Numbered from the stretch's first letter, positions 45,585-55,278 are shown. The stretch: DNA of 64,000 nt from Thermoplasmata archaeon (GCA_021792255.1 JAJYUZ010000002.1:33444-97443); one strand, 5' to 3'. Program-made: numbers and translations. The notes: generated from the sequence alone by a model not told the origin.

Positions 45585-46676
45585 CTAAGAAGATACCGAA
45601 CTTGAAACAAATTCCATGAGGGCCTGAGGTAATCTCAGAGGAAGCGAGTAGAGTGCGTACAGAAACGCCTTTGAGGGATAATCCACATCTCCGACCCTGT
45701 TGATCCCAGAAATGCTGGAACTCACAAGAGGTACCCACAGTCCATAGTACTTCTCGAACCTATCCAGAAGTCTGCGTATACGGTAGTCCTTCTCTATTTC
45801 AGGTCCAAACGAATTTTGCCAGTTTCTTTGATATCCGGAGAGAACATCGTTACCGCTTTCTATCGCACCGGAGAGGGCATTTCCAGAGTTCAGTGCTGCG
45901 TAAAGCCCTCCTCCCGTTGTCGCCTTGCTGAGACCCGCCGCATCTCCAACCAGAAAACCTCTTCCCCGCCCCAACTCGGTGGGTCCGATGGGTATCAACC
46001 CTCCTCGCTTCCGTACCACCTGACAGTCTCTCGCCATATCTCTGACAACAGCTTCACTGTTAGACCCGGAAGCACCTACCTCCACCTCATTCCCGTTTGG
46101 AATTTCCCACGAGAAAAAATCCGGAGTCTTTCTCCTGTCAAGATTGATCTTCACCTTATCCGATTTCCTCGATAGATCAAACTGGAGGGACTTCAAAAGT
46201 CTGGGAGCTTTTATTCCCAAATTTCTCCTGACTTTGCTTGCCGGTCCGTCCGCTCCTACGATGAATTTCGCTTCTATTCTTTCGAAACCGTTCTTGGATT
46301 TCAAGCTCGCAACGACCTTGTCTTCTTGCTGATAGAACTCCGTGAGTGAAGTCATGAGTGATAACTCTGCCCCTTCTGAGACCGCCATCGTTGCAAGTTT
46401 TTGATCTAGAGCCACCCTGTCCACTACCCTCATCCTCTTCGAGCTCAGTGAGAAGGATCCGACCGGAGTCGAAATCTCTGCAGTCAAAGGATTGTCGGTG
46501 ACCAGCTCCCCTCCGACAATGTCCACGACTCTCTCGTCGACCAGGCCTGAACAGTGATTGGGGATTCCAACCTTCTCTTTCAGGTCTACCATTTTGACCT
46601 TGAACCCCTTCCTCGAAAGTTGATAGGAAACGTTGGAGCCAGCAGGTCCAGCACCTATCACGAGAGCATCGTACAC
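45585..46676 (-). CDS. geranylgeranyl reductase family flavoprotein
   Basis: 363 aa with N-terminal YDALVIGAGPAGS, a later GDAAG motif (LVGDAAGLSKATTGGG), and the family-typical length. Confidence 0.85.
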   Translation of the reverse strand: MYDALVIGAGPAGSNVSYQLSRKGFKVKMVDLKEKVGIPNHCSGLVDERVVDIVGGELVTDNPLTAEISTPVGSFSLSSKRMRVVDRVALDQKLATMAVSEGAELSLMTSLTEFYQQEDKVVASLKSKNGFERIEAKFIVGADGPASKVRRNLGIKAPRLLKSLQFDLSRKSDKVKINLDRRKTPDFFSWEIPNGNEVEVGASGSNSEAVVRDMARDCQVVRKRGGLIPIGPTELGRGRGFLVGDAAGLSKATTGGGLYAALNSGNALSGAIESGNDVLSGYQRNWQNSFGPEIEKDYRIRRLLDRFEKYYGLWVPLVSSSISGINRVGDVDYPSKAFLYALYSLPLRLPQALMEFVSSSVSS

Positions 46677-46730
46677 CTGGTCCTATTAAAACTTAAGTAT
46701 TAAAATTAAATGGACGGGAAAGGTGCAATA

Positions 46731-47186
46731 ATGGCGAGGATGCATACTAGGAAGAGAGGAAGGGCAGGATCGAAACATCCGATTAGAGAAGGAAAGCCCA
46801 GTTGGGTTACAATGGATAATGAAGAGCTAGATCAACTCATAGTCAAATTGAAAAAAGAAGGTCTAACGAAATCTAAATTGGGCATGGTACTGAGAGACCA
46901 GTATGGCATTCCAAAGGTCAAGGAAATCAGAGGAACGAGAATTTCTAAAATTCTTGAAACCAATGGAGTGAAGGATCAGGTGCCCGAAGATCTTGCAGCG
47001 TTAATTAAGAAGGCCGTTAACCTGAACAAGCATCTTGGTTTTAACCCCAAGGATCTAAAGAATAAACGAGGACTAGCATTGGTCGAAGCAAAGATCAAGA
47101 GGCTCAGTGATTATTATAGAAGAAAGAGCAAACTTCCGACGGGGTGGAGTTACTCTAAGGCCACGTCAGAACTAAGCATCAAATGA
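46731..47186 (+). CDS. rps15: 30S ribosomal protein uS15 (archaeal S15P/S13e type)
   Basis: 151 aa from the ATG at 46731. Shows the MARMHTRKRGRAGSKHP N-terminus and the C-terminal S15 helical domain (KRGLALVEAKIKRLSDYY). Confidence 0.9.
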   Translation: MARMHTRKRGRAGSKHPIREGKPSWVTMDNEELDQLIVKLKKEGLTKSKLGMVLRDQYGIPKVKEIRGTRISKILETNGVKDQVPEDLAALIKKAVNLNKHLGFNPKDLKNKRGLALVEAKIKRLSDYYRRKSKLPTGWSYSKATSELSIK

Positions 47187-48499
47187 TCTCGCTCAATGGG
47201 GCATACTCATCAAAAATAGAAGAAGCGAGGAAGGTCATAGAGAGAGAGGATTTTTTCAGGGTGTTCAGTCACTACGACGCTGACGGTGTTTCGTCTGCGC
47301 TAATCCTGGTTGAAAGCCTCAGGAGAATGGAAAAGGATTTTCACCTTTCATTCCTGCGGTCAATGGAACTGGACATCATAAAAGAGTCAGCGGAATATCC
47401 GGTAATACTGAGCGATCTGGGAACCGATATTTCAGAGAATCTCAGATCCAGCAGTGTTATCATAGTCGACCACCACATGATTTCTGGCTCTGACGACAAG
47501 AATGTCACAAACTTGAATCCAAGGAAATATGGCTACGATGGCACAAAGGATGCGTGTTCCAGTACCGTGGCATTTCTTCTCTCGATGGCTCTTGATGAAG
47601 CCAATTCGGATATGTTTCCTGCCTTTATGGCGGGGGTCATAGGAGATAAGCAGAACGTTGGTGGATTCAATGGAATCAACGCCTTGCTCGTGGACGATTC
47701 AAAGAGCAGGTACCAATCCTCAAAGGATCTGAACCTCTCTGGGAAGACGGCCTCTGAGGCAATTTATCTTTCCATAGAACCTTACTTCTCCGGATTGAGC
47801 GGAAATTTGGAGGAATCCAGATTCTTCTTGCAAAACATGGCAATAGACCCGGACTCACCCATTACAAACTTGAGAACAGACGAGAAGGAGAAAATTGCAG
47901 ACTCTCTAACAATACGACTGATCAAACAAAATGCCGCAAGAGAGGGATACGAGACTCTGGTATCGGATGTCTTCAATTTCAAGAATCTGGGTTTGACCGG
48001 GAATCAACTTTCTGATTATTTTGATGCAGCGGGAAGGAACGGAAAGATGGGGCTTCCTACTTCTTGGTACATGGGGAATGAGGAGGCGAAGGAAGAGATG
48101 GACTCCCTCTCCACCAAACTGAAGAAAGAGGCTATAGAGCAGATAAAGCGATCGTACGAAACCAAGAAGGAGATGAACAATTTCCATTTAGCTTACGTCG
48201 AGAATCCTTATCTCGCTGGGATTGCTGCGAGCACACTTATGCTGTACCTGCTACAGGGATCTAAACCCGTCATCGCACTGTACAGAAATAAAGGGACGAA
48301 GGTCTCAGGAAGATCTACCAGGGAACTGGTCTTGAAGGGAGTAGACCTTTCTGCTGCGATCGGAAGTGCAGCCGCCAAAGTGGGAGGTCACGGCGGAGGT
48401 CACGATATAGCTGCTGGAGGAGAGATTCCATTCGACAAGGAAGAAGAGTTTCTCAACGCACTCAATGAGGAACTAGGCGAGCAGATTGGAAGTTCCTAA
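47183..48499 (+). CDS. DHH/DHHA1 family phosphoesterase (archaeal RecJ/GAN-like)
   Basis: 438 aa with DHH motifs HYDADGVSS, IIVDHH and DHHA1 GGHGGGHDIAAGG. ATGA overlap with rps15. Confidence 0.8.
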   Translation: MISLNGAYSSKIEEARKVIEREDFFRVFSHYDADGVSSALILVESLRRMEKDFHLSFLRSMELDIIKESAEYPVILSDLGTDISENLRSSSVIIVDHHMISGSDDKNVTNLNPRKYGYDGTKDACSSTVAFLLSMALDEANSDMFPAFMAGVIGDKQNVGGFNGINALLVDDSKSRYQSSKDLNLSGKTASEAIYLSIEPYFSGLSGNLEESRFFLQNMAIDPDSPITNLRTDEKEKIADSLTIRLIKQNAAREGYETLVSDVFNFKNLGLTGNQLSDYFDAAGRNGKMGLPTSWYMGNEEAKEEMDSLSTKLKKEAIEQIKRSYETKKEMNNFHLAYVENPYLAGIAASTLMLYLLQGSKPVIALYRNKGTKVSGRSTRELVLKGVDLSAAIGSAAAKVGGHGGGHDIAAGGEIPFDKEEEFLNALNEELGEQIGSS

Positions 48500-49223
48500 G
48501 AGCCATCCCAGATACGAGAGCCTGAAGAAGAGGGAAATACTGCTGGATTTTTACGAGAAAGGAATAGTGACAATCTCCGGATTGATATCTCAGGGAAGAG
48601 GGGAAGCCTTCGATTACCTCTTAGGAGAAAAGAGCCAAGATTTCGCCCTCGAGGCTGAGAAAGCAGCGCTCGAGAAATTGACTCAGTCAAACAGACCCGT
48701 GATCTCGGTCAATGGAAACGTTGCAGCACTTGCCGGAGAGGAGATCGTAAGATTTGCAAAGAAGTACAACATAACAGTTGAGGCAAACATCTTCTACTGG
48801 TCAAAGGAAAGAATGAAAAAAATTGTGAGTTATTTCGAGAGCATCGGACTTCATGTCCTCGGTCTGAACCAGGACGCACAGATACCTGGTCTGGAAAGCG
48901 ACAGGGGAAAGTGCGAAAAGGATGGAATTTTTACGGCCGATACAGTCCTGATTCCTTTGGAAGATGGAGATAGAGCAGAGGCACTCAAGAGAATGGGTAA
49001 ATTTGTCATAACCATTGATCTCAACCCACTCTCAAGGACGTCGAAATTCGGGGACATAACGATAGTAGATGAAGTACAGAGGGCATTCACCAACCTGACC
49101 AATTTCAAGAAGGAGGATTATTCGGGGAAAGTGAGCTCATTCAAGAATGAGAGAAATGCGGCGAGGGTAGTCACATTCATTGGAGAAAGAATGGCCACGA
49201 TGAATGAATGGCCGGAGTCATGA
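48486..49223 (+). CDS. 4-phosphopantoate--beta-alanine ligase (archaeal phosphopantothenate synthetase, COG1701)
   Basis: 245 aa with the conserved N-terminus PKSHPRYESL...GLISQGRGEAFDYLLGE. The frame opens only at 48477, so TTG at 48486 is the only available start. Confidence 0.8.
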   Translation: MEVPKSHPRYESLKKREILLDFYEKGIVTISGLISQGRGEAFDYLLGEKSQDFALEAEKAALEKLTQSNRPVISVNGNVAALAGEEIVRFAKKYNITVEANIFYWSKERMKKIVSYFESIGLHVLGLNQDAQIPGLESDRGKCEKDGIFTADTVLIPLEDGDRAEALKRMGKFVITIDLNPLSRTSKFGDITIVDEVQRAFTNLTNFKKEDYSGKVSSFKNERNAARVVTFIGERMATMNEWPES

Positions 49224-49637
49224 CCTCGTTTTTAGCATCTTTATAATCTTTCTTGTGCCATTGAATTCGCTTTCAGAATACTGGGAGATCCTTACAACCT
49301 TCAGGTCAATTCCCCTCTTCTTGCCCTCATTTATGATCTCTTCTGAGTCGAAATCCTGATCGTACCCTAGTGCGACTATGTTCGGCTTGACCGTAGTTAG
49401 AATGTCGTAGATGTTCCCCTCGACTCCGAGAATCGCCTCGTCCACTGGCTTTAGGGAGGCCACCATTGCTAGCCTTATGTTTTCAGGAATGAAAGGCAGT
49501 CTCTTCATTTTTTGAGCAACAGAATCTCTAGCAACGACCACTACCAGCTCGTCCCCTAGCTTTTTCGCTTCCGTGAGGAAGTGGACATGGCCCGGGTGAA
49601 GTATGTCAAAAACTCCCGTCGCAAGAATTCTGATCAT
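49218..49637 (-). CDS. ribL: FMN adenylyltransferase RibL (cytidylyltransferase-like fold)
   Basis: 139 aa. MIRILATGVFDILHPGHVHFLTEAKKLGDELVVVVARD is the HxGH nucleotidyltransferase motif arrangement typical of archaeal RibL. Confidence 0.75.
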   Translation of the reverse strand: MIRILATGVFDILHPGHVHFLTEAKKLGDELVVVVARDSVAQKMKRLPFIPENIRLAMVASLKPVDEAILGVEGNIYDILTTVKPNIVALGYDQDFDSEEIINEGKKRGIDLKVVRISQYSESEFNGTRKIIKMLKTRS

Positions 49638-49665
49638 TTAAGAGGAATTCAGCTTAGCTAAATAA

Positions 49666-50199
49666 TCATTTCACTTCTAATTTCTTTTGAAATCTTATTG
49701 CGTTTCTCGAATCCCCATATGGGGTGTGATAGTAGTCCGGGACAATTTCCCTTATGGAATATCCATTGCGTTCGTACAGCTTCAGGGCCGATACATTTTT
49801 TTCGAAGGTCTCGAGTACGATTCTGGAACATTTCATTTCGATGGATATCTTTTCCACTTCGTTCAAGAGGATTTTTCCTACTCCATAACCCTGAAAGTCC
49901 GGATCAACCGCAATACTTTCTAGGTGAGACACTTTGGAATTCTTCCTGAAGTAGACCGTAGCGTACCCAACCAACTTATTGTCCATAATCGAGACTACTG
50001 TCACCGAATTGGCTATCTCGAGCATATATCTCAACGATGGATAGTCGTAGGCGTGACTTCCAAATGCTCTACCTTCAATTTTCGTTATTTCATCAATGTC
50101 CTTGATGGAACCCCTCCTAATTGTGAGTTTAGAAATCTTCGTCATCCTCGTCGTCTTCATCGTCATCGCCTGGTCTTCTCTTGATAGACACGATAACAC
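49666..50199 (-). CDS. GNAT family N-acetyltransferase (RimI-like)
   Basis: 177 aa. The acetyl-CoA binding motif is IAVDPDFQGYGVGKILL, and the C-terminus has LYERNGY. The true start may be an internal Met. Confidence 0.8.
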   Translation of the reverse strand: MLSCLSREDQAMTMKTTRMTKISKLTIRRGSIKDIDEITKIEGRAFGSHAYDYPSLRYMLEIANSVTVVSIMDNKLVGYATVYFRKNSKVSHLESIAVDPDFQGYGVGKILLNEVEKISIEMKCSRIVLETFEKNVSALKLYERNGYSIREIVPDYYHTPYGDSRNAIRFQKKLEVK

Positions 50200-50342
50200 C
50201 TCTCCTTGTTCGGAATGAAAACTGATTTATTAAAATATTTCTACCTTTTTCCGTACAACAGTACCTTTTCAATATTTGTCACGGACACTAGTTTCGGGTG
50301 TCGTTCAAAAAAGAATTAATAGTCTGGGAAATTGGATAATAC

Positions 50343-51482
50343 ATGGCTGAAGACATTGTAACCTGTCCGAAGTGTGGTACAGAGATCCCAGTCACTGCTG
50401 CACTCAGAGAATCAATAGAAGCAAAGGCAAGCGAACTCTATGATAGGAGGCTCAGGACGGAGCTAAACGAGAAGTTGGTCGAGGAAAGGCAGAAAATGAA
50501 TGAGAAGTTTAGTGAGGAGTACAATTCAAGGTACTCTGAGATAAAGGACAAGATCGAGGTCAAAGAGAGACACCTCCAAGAGGCTCAGAAGAGGGAAAGC
50601 GAGGAGAGGAAGAAGAGAATGGAGTTGGAAGAGACAATCAGAGAGCAAAGGTTAGCCTCCGAAAGGCAATTTGAAGAAGAGAAGGGGAAGATGAGGGAAA
50701 ATTTGAGGATAGAATACGATCAAGAATTCAATCTAAAGAGCAGGGAGGTCCAACAAACGAATGAGAGTCTGATGAAGCAGGTTCAGGAGCTGAGACAAAA
50801 GCTAGAGCAGGGTTCCCAGCAGCTCCAGGGAGAAGTCCTTGAGGAGGAAATAGAGGACAAACTGAGGAACGCATTCTCCAGCGATTATATTCAACCAGTA
50901 CCCCAAGGCATAAAGGGACCGGATCTCATCCATACGGTAAGGAGCCTAGCAGGCATTGAATCAGGAAAAATTGCCTGGGAAGCAAAGAGAACCAAAGAGT
51001 GGAAAGACGAATGGATCGGGAAGCTCAAGGAAGAGCTGGTAAAATATAACGCCGAAACCGGAATAATAGTTACCAAAACTCTACCGAAAGAAATCAAGAC
51101 ATTCGGTATGAAGAACGGGGTGCTGATTACCAATTTCGAAAATGCCATCCCACTTTCAGTCATTGTGAGGACGAATCTCATCGAACTATCACGCCAAAAG
51201 AGAATGGGTGAAAGCGGAAATGAAACCAGGGACATTCTTTACAGGTACCTCATGAGCACCCAGTTTAGGCAGAGAGTGGAAACGGTGGCAGAAGGAATCG
51301 TCAGGATGAAAAATGACATAGAAGCTGAAAAAAGAGCGATGGAAAGACAGTGGGCAAAAAGGACCAAAGAAATTGAAAAAGCGATGACCAACGTGTCAGG
51401 CATGTTCGGAGATCTGCAGGGAATAATAGGACCTACTCTCTCGAACGTCAAAACGCTCAGTCTTCCGGAAAACGACGAATAA
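50343..51482 (+). CDS. zinc-ribbon / coiled-coil / PD-(D/E)xK-like protein (DUF2130-like)
   Basis: 379 aa. An N-terminal CPKCGTEIP ribbon is followed by about 150 aa of E/K/R-rich heptads. Next come GPDLIH ... IAWEAKRT (a PD...ExK pattern) and a helical C-terminus. Confidence 0.7.
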   Translation: MAEDIVTCPKCGTEIPVTAALRESIEAKASELYDRRLRTELNEKLVEERQKMNEKFSEEYNSRYSEIKDKIEVKERHLQEAQKRESEERKKRMELEETIREQRLASERQFEEEKGKMRENLRIEYDQEFNLKSREVQQTNESLMKQVQELRQKLEQGSQQLQGEVLEEEIEDKLRNAFSSDYIQPVPQGIKGPDLIHTVRSLAGIESGKIAWEAKRTKEWKDEWIGKLKEELVKYNAETGIIVTKTLPKEIKTFGMKNGVLITNFENAIPLSVIVRTNLIELSRQKRMGESGNETRDILYRYLMSTQFRQRVETVAEGIVRMKNDIEAEKRAMERQWAKRTKEIEKAMTNVSGMFGDLQGIIGPTLSNVKTLSLPENDE

Positions 51483-51548
51483 TAGAGAAGGAAATTAGAG
51501 TCCTTTTAGTCCTCCATACTCCCTTCAAAGTCTAGCAACCCGTCACGA

Positions 51549-52130
51549 CTACTTGTACGAGACTCCCATCAGGAAAGCCCCGAAACCAGCTCCCCATAGT
51601 AGGAAGGGATAGACTATCAACCTCTCCCAACCTCCGACGCCAAGTACTGGACTGCCGTATAGGAACAGAACCATGGCAAAGTAGGATAGCACTCCCAGAC
51701 CCACAGAAATGAACTTGAACGGAGAGGTCTCATATCTGTAGGCATAGATCGCGGTCAGAGGTCCGACGATGAACGTGAAGTCTGACACGTAACCGTGAAT
51801 AGACCCGAAATTTTCGTTAAAGACGCCAACCAGAAGTGCTCCGAGTCCGGTCAGAGCCATCAATATTGGAAATATCTTGTCGTCGAATCCTCGATATACA
51901 AAGTAGGCTGTTGCTATGACTGCTAGGCCTAGAAGTGAAATGGACGTATCAAACAGGAATCCGGTAGCTCCGACTCCGAGGTCGCTAATGTAGTTGTTTG
52001 CTATGCTATAGTGAGGATAAAGCGCTTCCGTTATAAACAACATAATGGTAAACTGCACTGAAAAGACGAACAGGAGAACGCCTGCAATGTTCAAGCTCTT
52101 CTTAGAGGCTACTTTTTGCATGCAACTCAA
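51549..52130 (-). CDS. DUF998-like integral membrane protein
   Basis: 193 aa with about 6 TM segments and a YSIANNYISDLG motif after TM1. Confidence 0.55.
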   Translation of the reverse strand: MSCMQKVASKKSLNIAGVLLFVFSVQFTIMLFITEALYPHYSIANNYISDLGVGATGFLFDTSISLLGLAVIATAYFVYRGFDDKIFPILMALTGLGALLVGVFNENFGSIHGYVSDFTFIVGPLTAIYAYRYETSPFKFISVGLGVLSYFAMVLFLYGSPVLGVGGWERLIVYPFLLWGAGFGAFLMGVSYK

Positions 52131-52203
52131 TAATCGAATTCATTAATATATCTAGCGGAGGATGTGAGGAATAAGGATTTATTTAAAGTAACTCTTCACA
52201 GTA

Positions 52204-52911
52204 GTGCTTAGAAAAAGTTTTAAGTCTTCTCTTGGAACCGTATCGTATCTCGAGCGAAAGGGTTCTCTTCCAGTCATCTTTCTTCACGGACTGGGAGGTA
52301 CCGGTAATTCCTGGATGAAACTTTCACATTTCGTGCACGAAGAATTTGGACTGTATTTTTTGGATCTCCTGGGGCACGGCAAGTCGGAGAAACCCTCAAT
52401 TGAGTATACTATCGATGCGCAGGAAACAGTCATCGACGAATTTGTTGCCAGTCAGGGGTTTGATGAGATTTCACTTATGGGAAACTCCTACGGAGGATGG
52501 ATTGCAATGAGGTACTCATTAGATAAGCACCAGCCGACCCACCTGGTACTGGAAGACAGTGCAGGGATCAACAGGACATTTGGAGAGTTGGGAGAAGAAT
52601 ATAGAAACAATTTTGTGAAAGCAATTGTAGGGAGCAACTCTCTGAACGTCGAGGCTGTGATCAGAAGCATCTTGAAGAATAACTCAAATCCCGCTTGGAA
52701 AATGAGAGAGACTGAGCTGAAGAAGTTGTCAGCAAAGACACTGATAATATGGGGGAAAGAGGACAAAGTAATCGCCATCGATTATGGCAGAAAACTTAGA
52801 GAACTGATCCCCGGAAGCGAGATCTTAGAGCTGGAGGGTGCTGGTCACGTCCCACACTTCGAATTTCCGGAGAGAGTGGCCAAAATCTTAAACGCATTCT
52901 TGAAAACTTAG
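52204..52911 (+). CDS. alpha/beta hydrolase
   Basis: 235 aa (GTG start). HGLGG oxyanion region, nucleophile elbow GNSYGG, and C-terminal GAGHVPH. Confidence 0.85.
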   Translation: MLRKSFKSSLGTVSYLERKGSLPVIFLHGLGGTGNSWMKLSHFVHEEFGLYFLDLLGHGKSEKPSIEYTIDAQETVIDEFVASQGFDEISLMGNSYGGWIAMRYSLDKHQPTHLVLEDSAGINRTFGELGEEYRNNFVKAIVGSNSLNVEAVIRSILKNNSNPAWKMRETELKKLSAKTLIIWGKEDKVIAIDYGRKLRELIPGSEILELEGAGHVPHFEFPERVAKILNAFLKT

Positions 52912-52958
52912 TTTCTGGTAATCCAGAAATCTTATATTCCAGAAACCTATTGTCCGTC

Positions 52959-53417
52959 ATGGCAGAAAATAAAGAACAAAACGAAAAGGAAGATACCGGA
53001 AACATTTCTATTAAGGGTGTTCAGAAGAGACTCTACGACAGAGTCAAGAATCTCGCGAGAGATACAGGTAAGACTGTAGGAGATATCACAAACGACGCTT
53101 TCAAGGTCGTCCTTGCAGCAGCAGGAGAAACAAAAAAAGTTGGAGAAGAATTCATTCAGGCAGTTAGGGACTCAAAGTCTACATACGTTCAAGACCTGAA
53201 CGCTATAGAAATCACCGGTCCGGAACTTGAGAAGAACAACAAGAAAGTGAACTTCAAGAACATACAAAATCTCACCTTCAAGGATATTACAGAGATAGAT
53301 TTCGACAACTACGTCGAGTCGATAGTTAACGTAAAGAATCTCGAAATCCCAAAAGGAATCTCTAAATTCAAGATCCTTGAGAGAGTAAAATACGTCGACA
53401 GTCTTAAGTTCGTCTAA
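52959..53417 (+). CDS. hypothetical protein with N-terminal ribbon-helix-helix-like segment
   Basis: 152 aa from the ATG at 52959. ISIKGVQKRLYDRVKNLARDTGKTVGDITNDAFKVVLA fits a strand-helix-helix (CopG/Arc-like) pattern. The C-terminal about 90 aa are unassigned. Confidence 0.45.
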   Translation: MAENKEQNEKEDTGNISIKGVQKRLYDRVKNLARDTGKTVGDITNDAFKVVLAAAGETKKVGEEFIQAVRDSKSTYVQDLNAIEITGPELEKNNKKVNFKNIQNLTFKDITEIDFDNYVESIVNVKNLEIPKGISKFKILERVKYVDSLKFV

Positions 53418-53457
53418 ACTAAGGCAAAATTAATTTGGCTTAGTCAAATTAACCAAA

Positions 53458-54309
53458 GTGTTTGACTTAACTCTAGAATATATCCTCTTAATTATTGCCG
53501 CTTCTGTCATCGCTGGAATTATTGGGTCGATGGCGGGACTGGGAGGAGGAGTCCTGATTGTCCCTTTTCTTTCTCTCTATTTTCGCGTTCCAATTTCTTT
53601 AGCTATCGGTGCCTCGATTATATCGGTGATTGCTACTTCCAGTGGATCTGCATCAGCTTATGTCCGGGACAAGATTTCAAACATAAGGGTGGGAACTTTT
53701 CTGGTACTCTTTACAACGTCAGGGGCAATATTGGGTGCTTTTCTTGAGAGAATTGCTCCAAGAAATATAATTTTTCTTACCTTTGGCATCGTCCTTTTGA
53801 TTTCGGTGTTGCCACTGATCAGGAAGATTGGACAGGTCGTTCCGGAAAACGTGAAAAACGACACGATTTCCGAGAAACTCTCTCTTAACTCTCACTTTCA
53901 TAGTGCAGAGCTCGACAGAGAAGTGGAATACAACGTCACTGGGACAAAGAGTGGATCGGCTATGATGTTAGTCGCGGGAGTTCTGTCGGGCCTGCTGGGT
54001 ATCGGTTCCGGCGTCTTCAAGGTCATAGCGATGGACACATTCATGAAGCTTCCAATCAAGGTCTCCACCACCACCTCCAATTTCATGATAGGAATGACGG
54101 CTGCTGCAAGTGCGGGAATATATTTCTTCAACGGAGACGTAAATCCGTTCATCGCAGCCCCAGTGGCTACGGGAGTTCTCATCGGAGCAATTGTTGGTTC
54201 AAGACTGCTCTTGAAAACAAAGAGTTCAACGATTAGGGTGCTGTTTGGAGTGATTATAGTCGTGGTTGCAGTCGAGATGCTGCTCAATGGGGTGGGAATA
54301 CGAGTCTGA
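53458..54309 (+). CDS. TauE/SafE family sulfite/anion exporter
   Basis: 283 aa (GTG start) with 7-8 TM segments and duplicated G-rich TM motifs (GIIGSMAGLGGGVLIVP and GLLGIGSGVF). Confidence 0.85.
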   Translation: MFDLTLEYILLIIAASVIAGIIGSMAGLGGGVLIVPFLSLYFRVPISLAIGASIISVIATSSGSASAYVRDKISNIRVGTFLVLFTTSGAILGAFLERIAPRNIIFLTFGIVLLISVLPLIRKIGQVVPENVKNDTISEKLSLNSHFHSAELDREVEYNVTGTKSGSAMMLVAGVLSGLLGIGSGVFKVIAMDTFMKLPIKVSTTTSNFMIGMTAAASAGIYFFNGDVNPFIAAPVATGVLIGAIVGSRLLLKTKSSTIRVLFGVIIVVVAVEMLLNGVGIRV

Positions 54310-54356
54310 CAGATCTCTCCGAGCATAACAAGATAGAGGCTGAGAAAGAAGAGGAA

Positions 54357-54746
54357 GTGAATCTATCTTCAAGAGTACTTTCATACTATCTTATCTGGAG
54401 TGTACTCGTTTCCCTTACCATAATAGTCATAGGAACAGTAGAGTACCTAGTGACGGGCTCATCAGGTTACGTCAACCTGTCCCTTACACAATTGCTGAAG
54501 GCGGGAGGCTTATCTACGACTGCCTTTCCTCACTACATCTATACAATAATAACCGGAATGTTAGAATTCAAGTCATTTGCAATTATTCAATTCGGAGTAC
54601 TCCTTCTGATACTATCACCGATCGGAAGAATATTCCTGCAGATTCTGATCTATGCGAAAGAACGAGACAGGTCCTTTACAGTCATCGCAGCGGTCGTATT
54701 CCTGATACTACTCGCATCTCTTTATCTGTCAAAATTTATTTCGTAG
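54357..54746 (+). CDS. DUF1634-like small membrane protein
   Basis: 129 aa (GTG start) with 3-4 TM segments. It lies immediately downstream of the TauE gene, a pairing commonly seen for DUF1634. Confidence 0.65.
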   Translation: MNLSSRVLSYYLIWSVLVSLTIIVIGTVEYLVTGSSGYVNLSLTQLLKAGGLSTTAFPHYIYTIITGMLEFKSFAIIQFGVLLLILSPIGRIFLQILIYAKERDRSFTVIAAVVFLILLASLYLSKFIS

Positions 54747-54801
54747 GCGGGATCGTCTGGATTCTCTTTTCCTAATAATGGTGGTTTCTCCCATTTTTGC
54801 G

Positions 54802-55278
54802 CTAGAGTTTCCTTCCGTAAATCGATAGAATGCTCCTCATTCCAAGTCCGGTGTAGAATTTGTGAGCCAGCAGGTTTTCCGTTGGAAACTCGACAGTGAT
54901 CATATCGCACCCCTTTCCCTTTTCCTTATCCACCAGCGCGTTTAGGAGCTTCTTTCCAAGTCCGCCCTTCCTGTATTCCGGCAGCAGGTATATCTCGGTC
55001 ACCCTCAGTTCCTTTCTTGGCTGATAAAAGGGTCTCTCCAGTATCTCTCCCATTATCACTCCCACTATCTTTCCTTTGAATGCCGCGACCAGAGCGTCTC
55101 TCGTCTCGAGCTTTATTGCACTTTGAAGATATTTCGGCACATTCGTTTCTAGATCCGTCGATACGTTGAAAAGTGGGTCATGCTCTGAATTGAATTTCTT
55201 TAATCGCATTACTAGGTTAGAAGCATCTTTCACGTCTTCTATTTTCAAGTCCCTTATTTCGATTTCTTCCATTTTCAT
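54802..55278 (-). CDS. GNAT family N-acetyltransferase
   Basis: 158 aa with the motif A region YLLPEYRKGGLGKKLL. Overlaps the malic enzyme stop by 4 nt. Confidence 0.8.
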   Translation of the reverse strand: MKMEEIEIRDLKIEDVKDASNLVMRLKKFNSEHDPLFNVSTDLETNVPKYLQSAIKLETRDALVAAFKGKIVGVIMGEILERPFYQPRKELRVTEIYLLPEYRKGGLGKKLLNALVDKEKGKGCDMITVEFPTENLLAHKFYTGLGMRSILSIYGRKL

